Source: Spirochaetia bacterium (GTDB lineage: Bacteria; Spirochaetota; Spirochaetia; SZUA-6; Bin103). Taken from it: a DNA stretch of 64,000 nt. Below, piece after piece: positions 37,974 through 47,551 of this stretch (within the stretch, counting starts at the first letter, position 1; every line of letters begins with the position of its first letter). A program made the position numbers and the translations under genes. Location of the stretch: assembly GCA_965203055.1 (NCBI GenBank), contig OZ241863.1, forward strand, positions 960,001 to 1,024,000, written 5' to 3'. The notes under the pieces are model-generated. The model had not been told where the DNA came from. It worked only from the letters and a program-made list of their open reading frames with translations, and did no database searches.

Positions 37974-38939
37974 TCATCCCTTCAGCGATCCAATCAACAC
38001 GCCCCTCACGAAGTACTTCTGGACGAACGGATAGAGCATCAGCACCGGCACGCTGGCCACCACGATCACCGCGAACTTGATCAACGCGCGGAGCTGCGCC
38101 TGGGCCGCGTCCGAACCGGCGGAGATGGCGAAGAGGCTGGCGTCCATCGAGTTCACTATCAGGATGTTGCGCAGCACGATCTGCAGCGGGACGAGCCGCT
38201 CATCGTTCAGGTAGAGCAACGCCTCGAAGAAGGAGTTCCACTTGTACACCGCGTAGAACAGCGTGTTCACGGCAATGATCGCCCCGGAGATCGGCAGCAC
38301 CACGTGCCAGAAGAATTGCAGGTCGCTGCTGCCGTCGATCTGCGCCGCCTCCAGCAGTTCATCCGGCACGTTCACCTGAAAGAAGGTGCGGGTGATGATC
38401 ACGTTCCAGGCCGCCACCGCGGTGGGTATCAACATCGCCCAGCGGGTATTGATCATGCCCGCGCCGCGCACCACGAGGTAGGTCGGGATGATGCCGCCGT
38501 CGAAGATCATGGTGAACACGAACAGCAGCATGTACAGGTTCCTGCCGCGGAAGCGGCGCCGCGACACGGGGTAGGCGGCGAGCAGGGTGAGCGCCACGCT
38601 GATGATGGTGCCGAACGAGGTGTAGAACAGGGTGTTGGCATAGCCGCGCCAGATGGTCGGGTAGCTGTAGACCCGTTCATATGCGATGAGCGACGGTTCC
38701 ACCGGCCACAGCCAGACTCTGCCGGCGGTGACTGCGGCCGGATTGCTGAACGAGGAGCTGACGATGTACACCAGCGGATAGAGCACGCCGAGCGCAACCA
38801 CCGCCAGCGCGATGACGTTGGCCGCGTCGTAGAGGCGGTCCGCGCGCGCGGACCGGATGCGCCGCTCGGCGCGGCGCGCGCGCCGGCGGCCCGGCGCGGC
38901 GCGCGCGCCGGCCGCTTCTGCTGTCGACAGGCCGCTCAC
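37974..38939 (-). CDS. Carbohydrate ABC permease (LplC-like)
   Basis: GGIIPTY, EAAQIDG, YPFVQKYFVRGVLIGSLKG. Confidence 0.9.
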   Translation of the reverse strand: MSGLSTAEAAGARAAPGRRRARRAERRIRSARADRLYDAANVIALAVVALGVLYPLVYIVSSSFSNPAAVTAGRVWLWPVEPSLIAYERVYSYPTIWRGYANTLFYTSFGTIISVALTLLAAYPVSRRRFRGRNLYMLLFVFTMIFDGGIIPTYLVVRGAGMINTRWAMLIPTAVAAWNVIITRTFFQVNVPDELLEAAQIDGSSDLQFFWHVVLPISGAIIAVNTLFYAVYKWNSFFEALLYLNDERLVPLQIVLRNILIVNSMDASLFAISAGSDAAQAQLRALIKFAVIVVASVPVLMLYPFVQKYFVRGVLIGSLKG

Positions 38940-39889
38940 CAGAGGCTGGTCCAGCCGAGCCGCCGGGCAATCCAGTTGCCCGCCATGATCAGTACGAAGT
39001 TGATCACCGAGTTGAACAGGCCGATCGCGGAGGCGTAGGAGGGGCGCGGGATGCCGGTCAGACCGATCTTGTAGACGTAGGTCTGGATCACCTCGGAGCG
39101 TTCGAGGTTGAGGTCGTTCTGCATGAGGTAGACTTTCTCGAAGCCGACGTTCATGAGCTGGCCCAGGGTGAGGATGAACAGGATCACCGCGGTGGGCATG
39201 ATGCCGGGAACGTCGATGAAGCGCGTGCGCTGCAGCTTGGTGGCGCCGTCGATGATCGCCGCCTCGTGCAGCTCGGGATCGATGCCGGCCAGCGCGGCGA
39301 GGTAGATGATGGTGCCGAAGCCGGCGAACTGCCACACGTGCGACCACACGTAGATCGACTGGAATGCCTCCGGGCGGCCCATATAGGAGACCGGCTCCAT
39401 CCCCAGCGCCAGCATCAGCGGCCCGACGACCCCGACCGAGGTGGACAGGAACTGGATCAGCAGCCCGACCATCACCACGGTGGAGATGAAGTAGGGGGCG
39501 TAGATGATCATCTGCACCGCCTTGCGGAACAGGCGGTTGTTGGCGTTGTTGATCGACAGCGCCAGCAGCAGCGGGATCGGAAAGGTCGCCGCCAGGGTGT
39601 AGATGCTGAGGAAGAAGGTGTTGCCGACGATGCGCCAGAACAGGTAGGAATCGAAGAACCGCCGGAAGTGGTCCAGTCCCATCCACGGGCTGCCCCAGAT
39701 GCCCTTGGCGGCGGCGAAGTCGCGGAACGCGATCTGCGCGCCGTACATCGGCAGGTACTTGAACACGATGAACCAGATGACCGGCAGGGCGATGATCAGG
39801 TGGAGCTGGTAATCGCGCGCCAGCTCGCGCAGCAGCCGAGGCCGGGAGCGGGAACGGGCGTCGCCGGTGACAATCGATCGGGAGGCCAT
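38936..39889 (-). CDS. Carbohydrate ABC permease (LplB-like)
   Basis: YLPMYGAQIAF, PYFIS, EAAIIDGA, AIGLFNS. Confidence 0.92.
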   Translation of the reverse strand: MASRSIVTGDARSRSRPRLLRELARDYQLHLIIALPVIWFIVFKYLPMYGAQIAFRDFAAAKGIWGSPWMGLDHFRRFFDSYLFWRIVGNTFFLSIYTLAATFPIPLLLALSINNANNRLFRKAVQMIIYAPYFISTVVMVGLLIQFLSTSVGVVGPLMLALGMEPVSYMGRPEAFQSIYVWSHVWQFAGFGTIIYLAALAGIDPELHEAAIIDGATKLQRTRFIDVPGIMPTAVILFILTLGQLMNVGFEKVYLMQNDLNLERSEVIQTYVYKIGLTGIPRPSYASAIGLFNSVINFVLIMAGNWIARRLGWTSLW

Positions 39890-39901
39890 CGCAGGCGCCG
39901 C

Positions 39902-40936
39902 CTACCTTACCCCCGCCCGGCGCCCGCGTCCAGCCTCGACCGCCTCGACCCGGCGCAGGATCTCTTCCGCAAGTTGCCGGAAGTCGCCGAACGCGCCGCG
40001 GGCCGCGGTCGCATGACTGCCGATGGCGCCGTCCGCCGGCGCCAGCGCGAAGATCGGCTTGCGAGCTTCCTGCGCGAGCGGAACCAGGCTGCGGTAGTGC
40101 TTCACCGTCGCTATGGAATTGTCGTCGGCGGCCGAATCGCGCACGCCTGAGGCAGGCGGCTTTCCCAGGACGCTGGCCGAATACTCGGCCGGCATCCGCT
40201 TCGCCCACCGGTCATACGCCTGCACCGGGCGGGTCAGCCGTACTCCGTGCTGCCGAATGAGATAGCCGATGGGGTGCATGTCTCCCGCGGGCAGCCTGAA
40301 CGCAGGGGCGGTCCAGTTGTCCCGCCTCTTCTTCCAATCCGCGCGCCACTGCCGCAGGGTTGGGCCGAGGTTTCGCAGCCCCTGTCGAGAGAACAGATCG
40401 GCGGCAAGTGGCACGACCACGAAGTCGGTGGCGATCAGCGCGGAGCGATTCACGGCCCCCAGACTAGGGCCTACGTCGACCAGTACGATCTGCGCTTGAC
40501 ATTCTCTCGCCCCCGCCTGAATCACCTGCCAAAACGAGGTGATCACCCGAAACGGGCGGTACAGGTTCTTGCTGCCCAGGCAGTTGGGCCACTCGGTGGA
40601 GAGTATTTCTTCGAATCCTGACAGTGCAAGATCGCCGGGAAGGACATGAATGCCATGCGCCGCCCGGCGCAGTACCGGCTCCCGTATGTCACCCACTTCG
40701 GTAAGTGGCGCGACACACTGATATATCGTCCTCGCTCGATCCTGGTCTTGCTCATCCCACAGTTCTTCGAGAGAACTATCGTCAAAGAATGTCGCCGTAA
40801 GATTAGCTTGGGGGTCAAGGTCTACGACGAGTAGTCTGTGTCCCAATTCGGACAACATCCAGGAGACGTGATAGACCAGCGAAGTCTTGCCAACTCCTCC
40901 TTTGTTGTTGAAGAAGGTCACCACCGGCGTGGTCAT
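39902..40936 (-). CDS. Orphan ParA/MinD-family ATPase
   Basis: FFNNKGGVGKT deviant Walker A, DLDPQANLT, DVGPSLG; start overlaps upstream stop (ATGA). Confidence 0.88.
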   Translation of the reverse strand: MTTPVVTFFNNKGGVGKTSLVYHVSWMLSELGHRLLVVDLDPQANLTATFFDDSSLEELWDEQDQDRARTIYQCVAPLTEVGDIREPVLRRAAHGIHVLPGDLALSGFEEILSTEWPNCLGSKNLYRPFRVITSFWQVIQAGARECQAQIVLVDVGPSLGAVNRSALIATDFVVVPLAADLFSRQGLRNLGPTLRQWRADWKKRRDNWTAPAFRLPAGDMHPIGYLIRQHGVRLTRPVQAYDRWAKRMPAEYSASVLGKPPASGVRDSAADDNSIATVKHYRSLVPLAQEARKPIFALAPADGAIGSHATAARGAFGDFRQLAEEILRRVEAVEAGRGRRAGVR

Positions 40937-42144
40937 GTCCGCGCTTTGACCGTGCAATGGATCCAGTTCTCTTCGACGCCAAACTCCGGCTCGGGTTGGC
41001 CATTTTCCCGCAGGTGCCGTCTTGCGCTCGGTATGCCGGCCCCGTAGCGCTGCACCAGACCCAACACGCGCATCGATTCGGCCAGGCTCGGGTTCCGGTA
41101 ATCGACCAGGCCCGGGCGTCCGAAGTTGGCGCGGGACACGGCGCCGTGGGGTCCGCCGGGGCTGTTGATCTCGATCCGGTCATCGAACCAGTAGACGTGG
41201 ACCGGACTATTGGTCCCTTCGTACGTTCGATGCATGACGGCGTTCAGGGTGAGCTGCTGAAGGGCCGCGATCGGGTACGTTGAGGTACGCACTTCGCGCG
41301 GCCCGGAAGTGAAGTCGACGGCGGTGCGGTTATGGGCTGCGAGCTTGCCGTTGAGCTTGCTGATTACGCTCATGAGCGGGCCGTCGCAGAGGGCCTCATC
41401 CACCACCGGGTCGCTCAATTCGGCTCCGGCAATGCGAAGAAACTGGATATATGCGCCGGGCAGGAAGTCGCGGGGATTCTTGCCGAGTACGATGAGACCG
41501 GCGATGGTTGGGGTGGGGCTGGCATCGGCCCCGATCATCTTCATGGCCGCGAGACGCTGCTCGACGCTGCGATCATTTTGGGCAAGGGTGGCGGCATCGA
41601 CGGCCAGCGGCAAATATTCCTCCTCGAAGCGCCGCAGATCGAGATCCTCGATGCCGGCCGTGGGAACCGGAATCGCATCGAAGTGAGGATCGCGGTAGCG
41701 CCGCTTCTCGTTCAGAATTCGCTCATCCTGGAGGGTGGCGGAAGCGCGCCGGGGACCCACCCGAATCCAGGTTCGTCCGCGCAGACGGACGGGGGGAGTG
41801 TCCGACGGTTGGACCAGTACGACCGCCAGCGGCGTTCCCTTGAGAATGCGTTTCGCTACCGTCAACGTCGGCGGCGGAACGAGGTTGCCGTCGGTCTTGA
41901 TATCGGCAAGTTGCAGCAAAAGCCGATCCGTTACCTGAATGCCGGTTGGCCTGCCGCCGTCATCCGCGCCGACGAAGACGACGCCGGGGCGGCGGTGGTC
42001 CGGCAGGTCGTTGGCGAACGCGCAGACCGCCTCCCGGATTCTGTTCGGCGCGTCTCCCTGCAGAGACTCCTTGCGCTCTACCAGGTCGGACTCCAGATCC
42101 GCCAGCATCTCTTCAAGCTCTGAATCGCTGTATGGCGCCGTCAT
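40933..42144 (-). CDS. Schlafen/AlbA_2 domain + HATPase_c_4 (RecG-C-like) protein
   Basis: ESDLVERKES, AVCAFAN, VFVGADD, WIRVG; NAVMHRTY, DRIEINSPGG, RNP, GAGI. Confidence 0.85.
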   Translation of the reverse strand: MTAPYSDSELEEMLADLESDLVERKESLQGDAPNRIREAVCAFANDLPDHRRPGVVFVGADDGGRPTGIQVTDRLLLQLADIKTDGNLVPPPTLTVAKRILKGTPLAVVLVQPSDTPPVRLRGRTWIRVGPRRASATLQDERILNEKRRYRDPHFDAIPVPTAGIEDLDLRRFEEEYLPLAVDAATLAQNDRSVEQRLAAMKMIGADASPTPTIAGLIVLGKNPRDFLPGAYIQFLRIAGAELSDPVVDEALCDGPLMSVISKLNGKLAAHNRTAVDFTSGPREVRTSTYPIAALQQLTLNAVMHRTYEGTNSPVHVYWFDDRIEINSPGGPHGAVSRANFGRPGLVDYRNPSLAESMRVLGLVQRYGAGIPSARRHLRENGQPEPEFGVEENWIHCTVKART

Positions 42145-42287
42145 ACGGTCGCGCGGATTGTGCCGCGGATGCCGGGCCGCGTCCAGGACGTCAAGCACGC
42201 CGCCGCGCGATCGGGTAGGGTGGCGCGGTGGATGAGCGGAGGGGAAGCGGCGGCGCCGGCGGCGGCGCGGCGGCCGCGGGCGCCGGG

Positions 42288-43508
42288 GTGACCGTGCGCA
42301 TCGCCGACGTGGTGACCTGGACGGTGCAGCCGGCGGGCATTCCCCTGGTCGTGGCCAAGGTGATGACCGACCAGCCGGGGCTGCACGGCTGGGGCTGCGG
42401 CACCTTTACGCAGCGCTTCCGGGCGGTGGAGGCAGCCATCGACCGCCACCTCAAGCCGTTTGCCGTGGGGCGCGACGCGAGCGCGATCACCGACTTCTGG
42501 CACAGCGCCATGCACAACGGCTACTGGCGCAACGGCCCGGTGCTCAACAATGCCGTGAGCGCGGTCGAGATGGCCCTCTGGGACATCAAGGGCAAGGCCG
42601 CCGGCGTCCCCTGCTATCAGCTCTGGGGCGGCCGCAGCCGCGGCAGCGCCGCGGTCTACGTGCATGCCAACGGCCGCGAGCCGCGCGAAGTGCTGGAGCA
42701 GGCTCAGGAGTTCTGGCGCCGCGGCTTTCGCCACGTTCGCTGTCAGCTCGGCGGCTACGAGGGCGTGGAAGCGGGGCGCGCCGGCGCCGCGGCGGGGACC
42801 TTCGCCGCGGCCGGCGGCAGCGGCTCGGCGTTCTTCGAGCCGGGCGAGAAGCTGCGCCGGGTGGCGGACCTGTTCGCCGTCGTGCGCGCCGGCCTGCCGC
42901 CGGAGGCGGAGCTGCTGTACGACATTCACGAGCGGCTGGCGCCGATCGACGCGGTGCGGCTGGCCAAGGCCCTGGAGCCGTACCGGCTGTTCTTCCTGGA
43001 GGACCCGCTGGCGCCGGAGGACCTCGGCTACTTCCGCATGCTGCGGGGGCAGTGCGCGGTGCCGCTGGCGATGGGCGAGCTGTTCGTCCATCCGCTGGAG
43101 ATCGAGCCGCTGGTACGGGAGCGGCTGTTCGACTTCGTGCGGGTGCACGTCTCCACCTACGGCGGCATTACCGCGGCGCTCAAGCTGGCCCATCTCTGCG
43201 GCGCGTTCGGGGTGCGCACCGCGTGGCACGGGCCGCGCGACGTGTCCCCCATCGGCATGGCCGCCAACGTCCACCTCGACCTGCACCTGGAGAACTTCGG
43301 GATTCAGGAGTGGGCGTTTCGGTCGCCGGCGGAGGAGGAGTTGTTTCCCGGCCTGCCGCAGGCGCGGGCCGGCGCGGTGGACGCGAGCGAGCGGCCCGGC
43401 TGGGGGATCGAGATGGATGAACGGCTGGCGCCGCGCTTCCCCTGCGACGACGCCGCCAGCCGGCGGCCGGTGCCGCGGCTGGCGGACGGCACCAGCCGTC
43501 CCTACTAG
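42288..43508 (+). CDS. Enolase-superfamily acid-sugar dehydratase (ManD/RspA-like)
   Basis: YWRNGPV, ALWDIKGK, DIHERL, FLEDP, MGE, AWHGP; start uncertain (42228 or 42288). Confidence 0.87.
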   Translation: MTVRIADVVTWTVQPAGIPLVVAKVMTDQPGLHGWGCGTFTQRFRAVEAAIDRHLKPFAVGRDASAITDFWHSAMHNGYWRNGPVLNNAVSAVEMALWDIKGKAAGVPCYQLWGGRSRGSAAVYVHANGREPREVLEQAQEFWRRGFRHVRCQLGGYEGVEAGRAGAAAGTFAAAGGSGSAFFEPGEKLRRVADLFAVVRAGLPPEAELLYDIHERLAPIDAVRLAKALEPYRLFFLEDPLAPEDLGYFRMLRGQCAVPLAMGELFVHPLEIEPLVRERLFDFVRVHVSTYGGITAALKLAHLCGAFGVRTAWHGPRDVSPIGMAANVHLDLHLENFGIQEWAFRSPAEEELFPGLPQARAGAVDASERPGWGIEMDERLAPRFPCDDAASRRPVPRLADGTSRPY

Positions 43509-43537
43509 ACCGTGGCCTGTAAGGGCGGCGCGGCGGA

Positions 43538-44899
43538 TCAGGCCCCTGCCTGGGCCGCGCGCGCCGGGCCGGCGTACTCGATGCGGGCGCCGAGCGCGTG
43601 GTAGGTCTCGAAGATGGTGGGGTAGCGCCGCCGCAGCAGGTCGACCCCGTGAATGATCGTTTCCGCCTCGTCGGCGAGCGCCGCCAGGAAGATCGCCTTG
43701 GTGCCCTGGATGATGTAGGGCGCGGCGATCTCGCCGCCGCGGAAGGTGATGGCCGGTTCGCGTACCATCACCCGCTGCGGATCCGAGATCAGGATCTCCG
43801 CCCCCAGGTAGTTCAGTTCGCGCACGTAGTCGAAGCCTGACTCGTACATCCAGTTCTGGAACAGGATGGCGCCGTGACTCTTGCAGGCCAGGGTCACCAT
43901 CACCGGGAGCACGTCGACCGGAAAGCCCGGCCACGGCCTCACCGCCAGCTTGGGCAGGTCGCGTCCGGCCAGCGGCAGGAACCCGGGGCGCACCTGCAGC
44001 CGCTCCGGGGCCGCCACCAGGAGGTCGCCGCCGCGGCTCTCCAGCTCGATCCCGAAGGCGCGGAACCAGTTCGCCATGCCGTTCACCAACCCCGGCACGT
44101 TGCCGCCGCGGATGGTCAGCGCCCCGCCCGTCACCGCCGCGGCGACGATGCTGCCGGCCAGGTCGACGTAGTCGGGACCGGCCTGGAACTCGGCGTCGGC
44201 AAGCGGCTGCCCGGTGCCGCGGATGGTGAGCTGGTTGGTGCCCTCACCGGTCACCGCCACCCCCAGGCGCCGCAACAGGCGCAGCACGTCCACCACGTGG
44301 GGCTCGCAGGCGGCGTCTCTGATGGTCACCGAGAAGCGGCTGCCGGCGGCGTACAGCGCCAGGTCGAGCGTGGCCGAGACGCTCGCTTCGGCCAGCCAGA
44401 TGTCGTAGTGGTCGGCGTGGGAGCGGGGCGCGGTGAGCACCACCGAGGAGTCGCGTTGCCGCACGGCGACGTCCAGCTTGCGGAAGCCGTCCAGGTGGGT
44501 GGTAACCCCGCGAAAGCCCAGGTCGCAGCCGCCGGGAAGCGGCATCTCCACGCTGCCGAACCGCGCCAGCAACGGCCCGGTAAGGGAAAACGCGCCGCGC
44601 AGCCGGCGGCCCATGGCCGGGTCGATGGTGCGGGCGCGGATTCCGGCCGGGTCCACGTGCACGGCGCCTTGACCGCGCCCGGTCACCTTGGCGCCGAGGC
44701 GGGAGAGGATCTCCAGATAGCTGTGGACGTCGAGGGTGTCGGGGAGGGCGCGGAACAGAATGCCGTCGCCGGCCAGCGCCGCCGCCGGCAGCGCGCCCAT
44801 CAGCGCGTTCTTGTTGGCGATGGGGGTTACCTCGCCATGCAGCGGGACCCCTCCCTGGATGCGGAAGGTGCCGTTCACCGTAGCCTGCTCATGCGCCAA
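43538..44899 (-). CDS. murA: UDP-N-acetylglucosamine 1-carboxyvinyltransferase-like protein (atypical)
   Basis: NKNA, LPGGCDLGFR, ASVSAT, EPHVVD, PWPGFPVD; two C-terminal Arg motifs substituted. Confidence 0.75.
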   Translation of the reverse strand: MAHEQATVNGTFRIQGGVPLHGEVTPIANKNALMGALPAAALAGDGILFRALPDTLDVHSYLEILSRLGAKVTGRGQGAVHVDPAGIRARTIDPAMGRRLRGAFSLTGPLLARFGSVEMPLPGGCDLGFRGVTTHLDGFRKLDVAVRQRDSSVVLTAPRSHADHYDIWLAEASVSATLDLALYAAGSRFSVTIRDAACEPHVVDVLRLLRRLGVAVTGEGTNQLTIRGTGQPLADAEFQAGPDYVDLAGSIVAAAVTGGALTIRGGNVPGLVNGMANWFRAFGIELESRGGDLLVAAPERLQVRPGFLPLAGRDLPKLAVRPWPGFPVDVLPVMVTLACKSHGAILFQNWMYESGFDYVRELNYLGAEILISDPQRVMVREPAITFRGGEIAAPYIIQGTKAIFLAALADEAETIIHGVDLLRRRYPTIFETYHALGARIEYAGPARAAQAGA

Positions 44900-44980
44900 T
44901 GATACCGCGGAATCGGGCGGCCCGTCAGAAGCGCGGTGCGCCGCCTGCGCCGCCCTGCGCCGCCGCGGCGCGCAACCGTA

Positions 44981-45988
44981 TCAGGCCCCCGGAGAAGCCG
45001 GCACGGGCACCGTGGCGCCGGCGGCCAGCGATTGCAGCGCGGCCTCCGCCAGCACCAGCGCGCGGCGCCCGTCCTCGAAGGTCACCGCCGGCGCGCGCCC
45101 GGTTTCCACCGCGTCGATGAAGTCGGCCAGCTCGGCGCGGTAGGCGGCCGCGTAGCGCTCGGCGAACGGCCGCGGCAGCGCCGCCGGGGCGCCGGCGCTG
45201 TCCGCCGTGTACCGGCGCGTCTGATCGGCGTGGTGGTTGCCGGAACACGCCATCCCGGCGCTGCCGTGCGCCTCCAGCCGCTGGTCGTAGCCGTACACCG
45301 CGCGCCGGGAGCAGTTGATGTGGCACTGCACGCCGGAGGCGGTCGTCATCAACACCATGGCGGTGTCGACGTCGCCGAGCGCGGCGAGCTCCGGCGTGAT
45401 GCGGACGCTGCCGGCGGCGGTAATGGCGACCGGCTCCTCGCCGAGCACGAAGCGCGCCAGGTCGAAGTCGTGGATCATCATGTCGCGGAACAGCCCGCCG
45501 GAGACCTTTACGTAGGAGAGCGGCGGCGGCGCCGGGTCGCGGCTGGTGATGATCACCTGATGCAGGGCGCCGATCTCGCCTCCGGCGACCAGCTCCCGCA
45601 CCCGGCGGTGGGAAGCATCGTAACGGCGGTTGAAGCCGATCTGAATCGGTACGCCGCAGCCCCGCACCGCCTCCCGGCAGTACGCGACCCGCTGCAGACT
45701 CAGATCGATCGGCTTCTCGCAGAACACCGCCTTGCCGGCGCGGGCCGCGGCGATGATCAGGTCGACGTGGGTGTTGGTGGCGGAGGCGATCAGCGCCGCG
45801 TCCACGCCGGCCGCCAAGGCGTCCGCAACGTCGTTCACGGCCTGCGCGCCGTGGCGCTCCGCCACCGCGGCGGCCGCTTCGGCGGCCGGATCGTACACGC
45901 GCACCAGGCGCGCCGCGGGGGAGGCGGCCAGATTGGCGGCGTGCAGGGCGCCGATGCGTCCCGCGCCAAACAGGGCAAACCGAATCAC
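44981..45988 (-). CDS. iolG: Inositol 2-dehydrogenase-like oxidoreductase
   Basis: GAGRIG, CEKP, GFNRRYD, SRDP, DMMIHDFD, YGYDQR. Confidence 0.85.
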   Translation of the reverse strand: MIRFALFGAGRIGALHAANLAASPAARLVRVYDPAAEAAAAVAERHGAQAVNDVADALAAGVDAALIASATNTHVDLIIAAARAGKAVFCEKPIDLSLQRVAYCREAVRGCGVPIQIGFNRRYDASHRRVRELVAGGEIGALHQVIITSRDPAPPPLSYVKVSGGLFRDMMIHDFDLARFVLGEEPVAITAAGSVRITPELAALGDVDTAMVLMTTASGVQCHINCSRRAVYGYDQRLEAHGSAGMACSGNHHADQTRRYTADSAGAPAALPRPFAERYAAAYRAELADFIDAVETGRAPAVTFEDGRRALVLAEAALQSLAAGATVPVPASPGA

Positions 45989-46154
45989 GTTTTCCAGAGT
46001 AGCGGATGCCGCCGGCATTGCGCGAGCGGTGGAGGACCTGACTATACCTGACTGCCTGACCTGCTGCTTTCAGGCAGCGAATCGCCCGGCCGCGCCGGCG
46101 GGCGGGCGGGCAGTCGGGTAGCGGCGCGCTGCGCGTCCGGGGTAAGCTGCCGCC

Positions 46155-46859
46155 GTGGCCGCCAAGAATGACAAACCGCTGACGATTCTCGCCTGCTTTC
46201 CTCACGCCGACGACGAGATGGGGGTGCTCGGGACGCTGCTCAATCACCTGTCCCGCGGCGACCGCGTGGTGCTGGCGTGGGCAACGCGCGGCGAGATGAC
46301 CTCCCTGTTCGGCGACAAGCCGATGGCCGAGATCGTGACCGAACGCAAGCGTCACACCGAGGAGGTGGCGCGGATCGTCGGCTGCGAGATCCGGCAACTC
46401 GCATTCCCCGATGCCCATATCGGCCGCTCCCACGAGGAAGCGCTGGAACTGGCGCGGCTGGTGGCCGACGTGCGGCCCGACGCCATCGTGACCTGGAACG
46501 TGCTGCGGGGCCATCCGGACCATCGCAACATCGGCCACCTGTTGCAGGATGCCGTGACCTATGCCCGCCTGCCGCGGATGGTGGCGCCGCTCCCCGCGCA
46601 CCGGCCGCGGCAACTGGCGTTCTTCGCCTACTACGACGAGGCGAGTCCCTATCCGGCCTGCTACGTCGACGTGACGCCGCACATGGACAAGATCGGGGAG
46701 GTGATGGAGCTGTACGCCAAGGTCTACCACTGGGACAAGGCGGCCGAGAACCTGCGCCGGCGGCGCGCCGCGGTGGGCGCCGAGTGCGGCGTGAAGTATG
46801 CCGAGAAGTTCAACGTGATTGCCGGCCCGCGGCCGGCGGTCACCTATCTGCTGCCCTGA
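46155..46859 (+). CDS. PIG-L family deacetylase
   Basis: PHADDE, TRGE, HPDH. Confidence 0.9.
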   Translation: MAAKNDKPLTILACFPHADDEMGVLGTLLNHLSRGDRVVLAWATRGEMTSLFGDKPMAEIVTERKRHTEEVARIVGCEIRQLAFPDAHIGRSHEEALELARLVADVRPDAIVTWNVLRGHPDHRNIGHLLQDAVTYARLPRMVAPLPAHRPRQLAFFAYYDEASPYPACYVDVTPHMDKIGEVMELYAKVYHWDKAAENLRRRRAAVGAECGVKYAEKFNVIAGPRPAVTYLLP

Positions 46860-47320
46860 TTCGACTCCAGGAACGCCTTCATCGCGGCGGTGTCCTTGGC
46901 GATTGCCTGCTTCAGGGAGCCGCGCGCCATCCTGCCGAGCAGCTTGGCGACGACGCCGGGCAGGTCGATCTCGACCCGCAGCTCCAGGCAGGTGGTCCCT
47001 CGGCCGCCGGCTCCCTCGGTCAGCCGGTAGTGGAACCGATAGACCCCCTTGCCGCTGGTACCCTGCGTGCCATCGACCCGGAGCGCCAAGTCATGGGGAG
47101 GATCGGCGGCGGCGACCTCGAATACCTCGCGGCTTTCGCGGCGGTCGAAGCGGCGCACCTTGCGCCAGCGGGTTCCCGCAACGAACGGACCGCCGGAGAG
47201 GCGTTCGACGCGCACCAGCCCGCTCATCCAGGCGCCGTAGCCTTCCAGGTCGGTCAGGCACTCGTATACCCGCTCCGCCGGCGCCGCTATCTCGGTCGTG
47301 AATGAGAAACCTGTCGGCAC
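46844..47320 (-). CDS. SRPBCC (START-fold) family protein
   Basis: EIAAPAERVYECLTD...W pattern. Confidence 0.8.
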   Translation of the reverse strand: MPTGFSFTTEIAAPAERVYECLTDLEGYGAWMSGLVRVERLSGGPFVAGTRWRKVRRFDRRESREVFEVAAADPPHDLALRVDGTQGTSGKGVYRFHYRLTEGAGGRGTTCLELRVEIDLPGVVAKLLGRMARGSLKQAIAKDTAAMKAFLESNQGSR

Positions 47321-47434
47321 CTGCTGCCCCGGCGGCAGGCTGCCGCGCGCCGCCGCGGAATGTCAAATTTTGTTAAAATCAGGCGCGGGCTGACGCTGCC
47401 GGTGCGGATGTGCTATATTGCCTCACGTTCCCTT

Positions 47435-47505
47435 TGCCCGATGGTGTAACGGTAGCACGACAGACTCTGGATCTGTTCGTCGGGGTTCGAATCCCTGTCG
47501 GGCAG
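47435..47505 (+). tRNA. tRNA-Gln (anticodon CTG)
   Basis: Acceptor TGCCCGA/TCGGGCA, anticodon arm ACAGA-CTCTGGA-TCTGT, GGTTCGAATCC T-loop; CCA not encoded. Confidence 0.96.
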
Positions 47506-47551
47506 CTACCCCCTCGCAGGAACGAACCGTGAGTAACGCAGGATACGCGTC

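Noticed and set aside
39902..40936. Chromosome or plasmid partition locus
   Set aside because: No parB, parS-like site or replication genes nearby.
47435..47505. tRNA-anchored genomic island or prophage
   Set aside because: No integrase and no duplicated tRNA 3' end seen in the window.
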